Shown here one piece after another: positions 18,697 to 26,601 of a stretch of 27,954 bases of DNA. The stretch is from a virus (Duplodnaviria; Caudoviricetes), in the IMG/VR virus record IMGVR_UViG_3300024042_000043, positions 1 through 27,954 of that record. One strand, 5' to 3'. Within the stretch, counting starts at the first letter, position 1; each line of letters opens with the position of its first letter. The notes under the pieces were generated by a model that was not told where the DNA came from, did not search any database, and saw only the letters and a list, made by a program, of their open reading frames with translations. The position numbers and the translations under genes were made by a program.

Positions 18697-19522
18697 CGTG
18701 CTTTTACAACAAACGGGTGGTTTTCCGTTGGAAACCGACACGTTAAATTTTATGCAAAATGCCTATAGCTTCCTACAGCATATGGCCGCTCTTGGAGGCG
18801 ACAACTACATTTTATCGGGATGCGCCGTCACAGGATCTACCGTAAGCAATGGCGTTGTAGTGATTGCCGGCGAAGTTTTAGAATTTAGAGGCGGTCTTAT
18901 ACAATCTACAGTGGTTGTAAGAGAAGACAAAGCCTCCAGACCTTTTGAAAGTGGACAAGTGAAAGACGTGTACTTTACCAGATATGTCACTTTCGGTACG
19001 GGTACAGGAACCATCGCTTGGGACAGCCTAGTTCGCTTTAAGCCACTATTGGCCTTTAAAGATTTACCTACTGAAAAAAGCAATGCCATTGATTTGGACG
19101 ATGAGAACAAACTGGCCACCGCTAAAGCAGTAAAACTATTGAACGACAAGGTAGAAAGTAGACTACCATCTGGAGCCATCATCATCTGGAGCGGCAGTAT
19201 TACGGCCATTCCTACTGGATTTGCACTCTGCGATGGACAAGGCGGTCGCCCTGATTTGAGAGATAAATTCGTATTGGGAGCTGGTTTGGGTTATGGTGTT
19301 GGCGCAACAGGTGGGGAAAAGGAACATCGACTAACCATTGACGAAATGCCTTCACACAACCACTCCTATACAGAACGAGTGATGGGTGGCGGAGGTGATA
19401 AAATCTTCGACAATGCAAACAGACACTATGTGGAAGGGCGTACCACAGGTAATACAGGAGGGAACATGCCCCACAATAATATGCCGCCATACTATTCATT
19501 GGCTTACATCATTAAATTATAA
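18689..19522 (+). CDS. Short tail fibre / tail-collar domain protein
   Basis: GGFPLETDTL baseplate-anchoring N-terminus; collar motif PSGAIIIWSG..IPTGFALCDG..PDLRDKF; HNNMPPYYSLAYIIKL. Confidence 0.8.
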   Translation: MNNVLLQQTGGFPLETDTLNFMQNAYSFLQHMAALGGDNYILSGCAVTGSTVSNGVVVIAGEVLEFRGGLIQSTVVVREDKASRPFESGQVKDVYFTRYVTFGTGTGTIAWDSLVRFKPLLAFKDLPTEKSNAIDLDDENKLATAKAVKLLNDKVESRLPSGAIIIWSGSITAIPTGFALCDGQGGRPDLRDKFVLGAGLGYGVGATGGEKEHRLTIDEMPSHNHSYTERVMGGGGDKIFDNANRHYVEGRTTGNTGGNMPHNNMPPYYSLAYIIKL

Positions 19523-19525
19523 TTT

Positions 19526-20047
19526 ATGGCAAAGCAAACATTAAATATCATTAAAAACTGGTTTAAAACTGGTTTAAAGCCAACACAAGCGCAGTTTTGG
19601 GATACTTGGGACAGCTTTTGGCATAAAGACGAAACCATCCCCGCAAGTAGTATCGAAAATTTGGATGCCCGATTTAACCAAAAAGCAGATCAGGAGGCCT
19701 TTCAATCGCACTTGTTAGACACCGACGCACATGGCATTTCCGCAAAAGCAAACACAGCAGATCTATTGGCAGAGACACAAGCCCGGGAACAAGCCGATCA
19801 AGCTTTAGCACTTCAAATTGCCGAAATGCAAGGTGAAGTCATTGTGCTCAACCGATTGGGAGAAGATGTAGATGCCAATGGTGATTTAGATCTTTCTTCA
19901 GAAGAGCTGCCCCAGTATCCAAGACAACCAGCCGTTTATGTAGATGAAGTGGCTGGTAGCTGGCAAATACAATACAATAAATCAACTAAAGTATTAACAG
20001 GGCTGTACGGCATCTCACCAGAGGCCACAATCGAAATTATTTTCTAA
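19526..20047 (+). CDS. Short tail-fibre attachment-domain protein (possible adaptor)
   Basis: KNWFKTGLKPTQAQFWDTWDSFWHK N-domain resembles Bacteroidota phage fibre N-termini; only 173 aa, no signal peptide. Confidence 0.65.
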   Translation: MAKQTLNIIKNWFKTGLKPTQAQFWDTWDSFWHKDETIPASSIENLDARFNQKADQEAFQSHLLDTDAHGISAKANTADLLAETQAREQADQALALQIAEMQGEVIVLNRLGEDVDANGDLDLSSEELPQYPRQPAVYVDEVAGSWQIQYNKSTKVLTGLYGISPEATIEIIF

Positions 20048-20919
20048 TGAAACAGATCTTACTTTTTACCTTGATGCTATTTGCCTATGTGGCAAATGCT
20101 CAACAACAAAACATTACGGTTGATTCTATTGCCATTGGTCGCAAGCCCGACAGCAAAATCAATTTGGACGGCAGCATTACCGCTAAAAACTTTAATGGGA
20201 AACGTCCTATTACGGGCAGCGTGGCCACCGGGCAAAATCCCAATACGAATGATTTGGTGGCTTGGTTAAATGCGGTTTTTTATCCTACGCAAGCCCCTAC
20301 TGCTAGTTTGACCGGAGGAGGTAACTTTGAACTTACATCTAATGCTACCATAGGAGGTAACGTATTAAATTGGATAGCCGGTAGGCAAGAGGCTACACTC
20401 CCTTTAACAATCGTAAGAATATCAGGCAGTGATGGTCAGAATTTTCCGCAGAGTTTTTCACAACCACCCGTATCGGGCGCAACTAGTGGTACTCAGTCAA
20501 ATCTTGTGGTATTCTCAAATACATCAACAACTTTTACTCTTAACGTAATCACTACAGACAATAAATCGGCAGCATCTTCGGTAAGCTTTAATTTCTTACC
20601 CAAAAGATACTGGGGCCGTACCACTTCTGTTACAGCTACAGCAAGTGATCTGTTGGCGAGTGCTGGAGGTGGCAATGTCTTGTCTAATAGTAAAGCAGGC
20701 ACTTTCTCCATCACTGCAAGTGGAAGCAACCGTGTTTTCTACGCCTATCCTTCAAACTTAGGAGATTTATCAAGCATTAATATTGGCGGATTGGAAAGTT
20801 TGTCATCGTTCACTAAAACGGTAATTAGTTTTACCAATGCTTCAGGTTATACACAAAATTACAACGTGTACACTTCAAACAATGAAACAGGCGGTAACGT
20901 AACGGCAGTTATTCAATAA
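20047..20919 (+). CDS. Signal-peptide-bearing beta-rich (Ig-like) protein, fibre-associated
   Basis: SPI signal (..VANA|QQQ); Ser/Thr-rich strands, RYWG and FYAYP..LG motifs; TAATG-coupled to tail operon. Confidence 0.7.
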   Translation: MKQILLFTLMLFAYVANAQQQNITVDSIAIGRKPDSKINLDGSITAKNFNGKRPITGSVATGQNPNTNDLVAWLNAVFYPTQAPTASLTGGGNFELTSNATIGGNVLNWIAGRQEATLPLTIVRISGSDGQNFPQSFSQPPVSGATSGTQSNLVVFSNTSTTFTLNVITTDNKSAASSVSFNFLPKRYWGRTTSVTATASDLLASAGGGNVLSNSKAGTFSITASGSNRVFYAYPSNLGDLSSINIGGLESLSSFTKTVISFTNASGYTQNYNVYTSNNETGGNVTAVIQ

Positions 20920-20927
20920 ATCATACT

Positions 20928-23354
20928 ATGAAAAGAATATTCATCACATTTATTTTGGCTTTATTTACCCTCGCCCTTAATGCGCAAGTTAAAGTATTGG
21001 GTAAAATAGAACCCAACGGTTCAACCGATACCTATCCTACCCATGTAGATAGTTTGGGTAAAGGGGGCCTAATGGCCGTGAGTTCCTGGCAGGAACGTAA
21101 CGCCATCCCGTTGGCTCGCAGGAAAGCAGGCATGTTGGTAAGGGTAAAGTCCGCTACGGTAGACAGTACCTACACCATTGGAGGTAACCTGGCCAATGCC
21201 GATTGGAGACCTTTTGTTTTGGGGGGAAGTGGAGCCGTTTGGGGCAGCCTAACAGGTAGTATGATTAATCAAACAGACTTGATGAATGAGTTTAACAACA
21301 AGCTTAATAAAGGAGGCGGCACTGTCTCAGGCCAGCTAGATGTTAATTACTCAGGTAGAAGAATTGAGCTAAAGAATGGTGATATTTCCTTACATGATGG
21401 TTTTGGAAATAGTGCTGGAATGAGTGTGAACGGCTTCGGTGTAGGCACTAACATGATTAGACCTACGGATAATTTAGCTGAAAGATATTTTAATCTACCT
21501 GCAAAAGCTAGTGGTAATTATACCATAGCCACTACAGCAGATATCCCAGGACCGGTAGACATTAGTGGTAAGGCTAACCTGACCGGAGGCAACACATTTA
21601 CAGGAAATCAGTTATTTAACGGTCAAATAACAACTACTACTCCGATTATTGTAGACAATGTTGATTCGGAAGCCAAGGCTACTTTAAACGGTGGAGAATT
21701 GACCCTTTTAAATACCTCATCAGGGCAATTTCTACAGCTTTTTAGTGGAGGGATAGGCTTCAAAGATGGAGGCCCATATAGCTATTTAGTGCAAGACAAT
21801 AATGTTCAGGCCAACAATACGGTAAAAATGCCTACAAGAAGTGGGAAATTACCTGTATTGGATAATGATAATTCTTTAAGTATCTACGATCCTACCGAAG
21901 AATACAGCGGTAAAATTTGGATGGATGGCGATATGCTCACAATAGATGCTAGATCTACTGGTAATCTTGTTGTAGATGCCGGAACTGACCTACAATTAAG
22001 GGGGGGTGTAGTTTCTATAAGTGGTGACGTTAAAGTTAATAGTTCTCGTATAGAAATAGGTAATGTTAATTTACGAGCCCCAGCAGGAGGCTTCAGAGAC
22101 GTAGACTTACCTAGTTCTAACGGTACCATAGCCCTGGTTTCCGATATAAGCGGAAAATCAAATTTAGTTGGAGGCAACGCTTTCACTGGCAATCAGACGA
22201 TAGCTGATAGATTAGCCGTAGGAACTACAAATACAACTAACGGGATAGTAAATATCGTGGGTGCAAACGCAACCACATCAGGCAGTAATGCACAACAAGT
22301 GCTTAATGTAGTAGGAGGTAATGGTGCTTCATCATCAAGTACAGGTTTTGCAGTAGGAGGTCAAGGCAGCAAAATCAGAATTACCAGTGGAACCGGCGGT
22401 GGCGCTAATGGTAGCGGATTTAATCAAGGCGGTAACGGAGGTGAAATTTACATTCTTGCAGGAGACGGAGGTAATGCTATAGGGGGCGCTAATAACTCAG
22501 CCGGCTTCGGAGGCAATGCCATTTTACAAGGAGGTACATCTCTGGGTAATGGTATAGGAGGCTCCGCACAGCTTAAAGCAGGCAACAGTGTCCTTGGCAA
22601 TGGAGGTCATGTATATGTAGTAGCTGGTTATGGTAGTGGTGGAGCTACAGACATTAGCACAGCAGGTGCTATTGCTTTAAATGTGAGTGATGCTGGCGCA
22701 ATTAGAGGTAATACACTTATTGGCATGCTGCCTTCTAATGATGATAAAACTAATAGGCTACAAGTTGGAGGTAGTGTTAAGGATACTGATATTATAGATT
22801 TTTTAAATAACGATGACGAGATGGGCAAAGGTTATATTGCCCAATCTAATTTAGTTGAGGGCAGTGAAGATTTAGGTGTTAAGAATGCTACGGTTAACGG
22901 ACTTGGAGTATGGTTTACTGATAATACTGTTAGCAGGAGCAACTTAACAGCAGCTTATAACCCAAATTGGATCAGGTATTATATGAGCGGGAAAGATATG
23001 ACTGTTAGCCCACCTGCTAGTTTGACTGGCCAACGAAATATTACTTATCCTGATGCCTCGGGTACCATAGCCCTAACTTCTGACATTCCGAAGATGTTTA
23101 TTTACAGCACAATTGCTCCGAGTAGCGGAAGTACCACGACTTATACATTTCCTCACGGATTAGACTACACGCCCACCATGGTGATAGCTACGCCAAATAA
23201 TAATGGGGCCTTAATAAATTGCGAGGGAGATTGTATTGTATTAACCACTAAAGCTGAAATATCAGGAAATAATATCGTACTAACCTGTATAGGAAGAGAT
23301 GACATCGGACCTGAAGGAGGTGCCGCTGTTAAGTGGACCATAATGGTAAAATAA
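20928..23354 (+). CDS. Signal-peptide-bearing tail-fibre-like protein, paralog 2
   Basis: SPI signal; conserved N-domain; GKANL.GGN.F.GNQ repeats; Gly-rich region; IPKMF..WTIMVK C-domain. Confidence 0.75.
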   Translation: MKRIFITFILALFTLALNAQVKVLGKIEPNGSTDTYPTHVDSLGKGGLMAVSSWQERNAIPLARRKAGMLVRVKSATVDSTYTIGGNLANADWRPFVLGGSGAVWGSLTGSMINQTDLMNEFNNKLNKGGGTVSGQLDVNYSGRRIELKNGDISLHDGFGNSAGMSVNGFGVGTNMIRPTDNLAERYFNLPAKASGNYTIATTADIPGPVDISGKANLTGGNTFTGNQLFNGQITTTTPIIVDNVDSEAKATLNGGELTLLNTSSGQFLQLFSGGIGFKDGGPYSYLVQDNNVQANNTVKMPTRSGKLPVLDNDNSLSIYDPTEEYSGKIWMDGDMLTIDARSTGNLVVDAGTDLQLRGGVVSISGDVKVNSSRIEIGNVNLRAPAGGFRDVDLPSSNGTIALVSDISGKSNLVGGNAFTGNQTIADRLAVGTTNTTNGIVNIVGANATTSGSNAQQVLNVVGGNGASSSSTGFAVGGQGSKIRITSGTGGGANGSGFNQGGNGGEIYILAGDGGNAIGGANNSAGFGGNAILQGGTSLGNGIGGSAQLKAGNSVLGNGGHVYVVAGYGSGGATDISTAGAIALNVSDAGAIRGNTLIGMLPSNDDKTNRLQVGGSVKDTDIIDFLNNDDEMGKGYIAQSNLVEGSEDLGVKNATVNGLGVWFTDNTVSRSNLTAAYNPNWIRYYMSGKDMTVSPPASLTGQRNITYPDASGTIALTSDIPKMFIYSTIAPSSGSTTTYTFPHGLDYTPTMVIATPNNNGALINCEGDCIVLTTKAEISGNNIVLTCIGRDDIGPEGGAAVKWTIMVK
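20985..21176 (+). repeat. 192-bp conserved block, copy 2 of 4 (others: 7744-7935 minus, 23493-23684, 26659-26850)
   Basis: Encodes QVKVLGKIEPNG...KSATVDSTYT; DNA visibly similar, e.g. caggaacgtaacgccatccc in the three direct copies. Confidence 0.85.
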
Positions 23355-23435
23355 GTCCATTAACTCTCTCGTCATGATGCCATAGTCTTTACACATAGAA
23401 ACTATTGACATATAACCAACTTTCACAATTACACC

Positions 23436-26400
23436 ATGAAAAAAATATTCATCACATTCATTTTGACCTTGTGCGCAACTATGTTGAATGCACAGGTTAA
23501 AGTATTGGGCAAAATAGAACCCAACGGCTCAACCGATACGTACCCTACCCATGTGGATAGTTTGGGTAAAGGAGGGTTAATGGCAGTAGGTTCCTTGCAG
23601 GAACGTAACGCCATCCCTTTGGCCCGCAGAAAAGCGGGCATGTTGGTAAGGGTAAAGTCGGCTACCGTAGATAGCACTTATACACTGAATGTAGGCCTAA
23701 CAAACTCCGATTGGATGACATTTTCAACGGGTTCAGGCAATTCGCAATGGGGTTCAATTGGAGGCGTATTAGCTAATCAGGTCGACCTTCAAAATGAACT
23801 CGATAGCAAAGCAGTCAAAGCAATAAACATTACCTATGCCCAATTACAGGCTTCATTTTCAAACAATACGCTAATCCCTGAACAAGATTATCTACTTACA
23901 GATTATCAAACAATACATACGATTCCCAATACCAGTGCCATAAATACTGGACCAATAGAGCCATTACTTGTTCGTGCTTCATCTACAAATACACTATACA
24001 ACTTGGCTAAGTCGCCACAGTATCCACAAGATGATATTTTTTACACGGCAAACAATATTAACGGTAGCACTAAAGGGCATATTATGCGCAGGCATGATCG
24101 AGCGCTTGAAATAGAGCTGGGCTTTGATTTTAGAAATGCCAAGTTCAGACGCTGGAAACTTAACCCCGCTACATGGTCAACAGGAACATATAATGCTAAC
24201 ATTATCGTACAACACAATAATAAAATATACTACAGTTTGAGCTCCACAACAGATGAGCCATCTACTGGAACATCTTGGCTAGAAATCCTGAATGATAATA
24301 CTTTACACTTAAGCAGCTCTTCAACTGGCTTTACATTATCACTACAGTATTTTGGCGCAAATATTACCATTCCAGTTAATACAGCAGACTTTGTTGATGT
24401 GCCCATGTTCTCTAATTATGGAGGCATTGCCTGTGTTAAAATTCCAGAAAGCTCTTTTAGCAGCATGCCTAACATTGTTGTTTACACCGATGGCCAAGCT
24501 TTTAGTTTTACCAGAATGCTGATTCACAATGGGTCAAGCAATTTAACTTTCGCGATTAAGGGTAATGCTTATTGTTACCAAAATGAAATTTCAGCCACCA
24601 ATAGTATTTTTGCAATTAATCGTACAGGATCAGGCAATGCGAACTATGCCATTTCATTTAACAAACTAGAAAGTATAACACAGAGTATTATCAATGTAAC
24701 CTCGATGTTCTATAATAACATCCGTTTGGCATCAAGTGTCTTGCTCACAAATGGCTTTACCTATAACAATGCCAACAGGTTAGAATCTGTTGTTACAAGT
24801 AGCTATATCACAGCAAATACTTTTCCTTCATTAGTTCGCAATTTAAGGTTTAATGCAAATAACCTAACCATGGCAGGCTGCTTATTTCAGGCCCCCATTG
24901 GTAGACGATATAATGGGACAGCCACCGAAGACTCTCCTTTTATTATCACCAGTTCGCTATATGGAAAAACAATTTATGGCAATGCCATTAGTGACGCCTG
25001 GACACCCACTTTACAAACTGATTTAGCTACAAAAAATGTAATGTATACTGGGTTAGATTTAGATATAAGCACCAAAGAAGACAGCGCAAACAAAGCGACT
25101 TCCATTGGCACTGGCAACAACACCAGCTATCCAACTACATTAGCAGTAAAAACAGAGCTGGATACTAAGTTAACAGGAACTGCAGCAACAAATTTGTTAA
25201 ATCCAAATAACAGTAAATTTCCAACCGCACAAACAATGGTAAATGCTTTAGCGGGTTACGAACAAAACACAAATAAGGTAACAAGCCTAGCAAGTGCCAA
25301 TAATACTACCTATCCTACTACGCAAGCTGTAGCAACTGGATTAACCGCTAAGGCTAACCTATCAGGTGGAAATACTTTCTCAGGGGTTAACATCATTCCT
25401 AATTTGCATACCTACGGATTTGAGTTCCCTCATACAAGTCCAACCAGTCAGAGAGCTGCTTTTTTTATAGACCCGAGCAATGAGGAATTTACTTTCCAAG
25501 TAAAACCTAAAGACGGTTACGGAACTGGTGATTTTGAAACTGTTTTTAAGGTCTCGCACGAAAGTGGCCCCGAAGGCTCTGACATTGTATTCAACAACCA
25601 TAATATACAAGCTAACGTGGGCATTACAGGCTCAGGAGGTAATTTCAACACTTTCAATGTCAACAGCGCCCCCTCTCAAGGCACCAGCGTTGTGCGTTTA
25701 GACGATATTGCGGGTAAGGCTAATCTAATGGGAGGTAATACTTTTAAAAATGCTCAAGTTATGAACAATTCCTTAGGCAATACTACTATAGACGGCAACC
25801 TAATTGTATTAGATGATGTAAACGGCGGCACAAGTATGCTAACCAATAATCCCGCAGGGAATTATGAAGTTATCCAATTACCTGCAAAAAGTGGCGTACT
25901 AGCCCTAGAGGACGATATACCGAATATTTCAGGAAAAGCTGACTTATTGGGGGCAAACTTTATTGGAACGGTAACCATCAATCCTACAGCACCTGCAACG
26001 GACGACATTTTAACAGTGGGAAGTTCTTTCAAAGTTTCTAAGTATGACCCTTATGGTACGATAACAGCTAGAGGTAGAAGTTTGCACTTTAATAGTACTG
26101 GAGGAAATAGTGCTTCATTGTCGGTAGGCAATGCTACAGAAATAGGTTTACGAGTTAACGATTTAGACAATGATGAAGGACTAGTTCTGTCTCCTAATTA
26201 TTGGTCAATGCGAAAGGGGATTGTTGGAATGAGCTTACAGCTCGATGGATCTTTATATCAGAATGTGAGTTTAACATTTCCTACAGAAAGCGGAAAGTTA
26301 GCCATAATAGATGATATACCTAAGATGTTTACTTATACCTCAATTGAGCATACCGACCGAAACGAGATAGAATATAATTTAGGATTTACGCCAACGATGG

Positions 26401-26534
26401 CAATGGCAGTCATTAACAGCGATGTAGCTCAAAACATTGTAGTTAGTAGCGTACAAATATCTAGTTCCATAATTACCGTACAAACTTCCGCATCACTTCC
26501 AGCAGGCACTAAGTTTACAATAATGGTCAAATAA
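23436..26534 (+). CDS. Signal-peptide-bearing tail-fibre/tailspike-like protein, paralog 3
   Basis: SPI signal; conserved N-domain (62/64 identical to paralog 2); Asn-rich beta-helix-like region; YPTT.AV repeats; shared C-domain. Confidence 0.75.
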   Translation: MKKIFITFILTLCATMLNAQVKVLGKIEPNGSTDTYPTHVDSLGKGGLMAVGSLQERNAIPLARRKAGMLVRVKSATVDSTYTLNVGLTNSDWMTFSTGSGNSQWGSIGGVLANQVDLQNELDSKAVKAINITYAQLQASFSNNTLIPEQDYLLTDYQTIHTIPNTSAINTGPIEPLLVRASSTNTLYNLAKSPQYPQDDIFYTANNINGSTKGHIMRRHDRALEIELGFDFRNAKFRRWKLNPATWSTGTYNANIIVQHNNKIYYSLSSTTDEPSTGTSWLEILNDNTLHLSSSSTGFTLSLQYFGANITIPVNTADFVDVPMFSNYGGIACVKIPESSFSSMPNIVVYTDGQAFSFTRMLIHNGSSNLTFAIKGNAYCYQNEISATNSIFAINRTGSGNANYAISFNKLESITQSIINVTSMFYNNIRLASSVLLTNGFTYNNANRLESVVTSSYITANTFPSLVRNLRFNANNLTMAGCLFQAPIGRRYNGTATEDSPFIITSSLYGKTIYGNAISDAWTPTLQTDLATKNVMYTGLDLDISTKEDSANKATSIGTGNNTSYPTTLAVKTELDTKLTGTAATNLLNPNNSKFPTAQTMVNALAGYEQNTNKVTSLASANNTTYPTTQAVATGLTAKANLSGGNTFSGVNIIPNLHTYGFEFPHTSPTSQRAAFFIDPSNEEFTFQVKPKDGYGTGDFETVFKVSHESGPEGSDIVFNNHNIQANVGITGSGGNFNTFNVNSAPSQGTSVVRLDDIAGKANLMGGNTFKNAQVMNNSLGNTTIDGNLIVLDDVNGGTSMLTNNPAGNYEVIQLPAKSGVLALEDDIPNISGKADLLGANFIGTVTINPTAPATDDILTVGSSFKVSKYDPYGTITARGRSLHFNSTGGNSASLSVGNATEIGLRVNDLDNDEGLVLSPNYWSMRKGIVGMSLQLDGSLYQNVSLTFPTESGKLAIIDDIPKMFTYTSIEHTDRNEIEYNLGFTPTMAMAVINSDVAQNIVVSSVQISSSIITVQTSASLPAGTKFTIMVK

Positions 26535-26601
26535 GTCAATTAAAGCCTCTTCAATTTATTGGTAAGGCCTAACTATATTTCGGAATCACGATAAACACAC
26601 C

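Noticed and set aside
10361-19522. eCIS (Afp/PVC/BIS) or T6SS interpretation
   Set aside because: Long phage-type tape measure, chaperone frameshift and Mu-like context; no Afp15-like ATPase, T6SS membrane complex or recognisable toxin cargo
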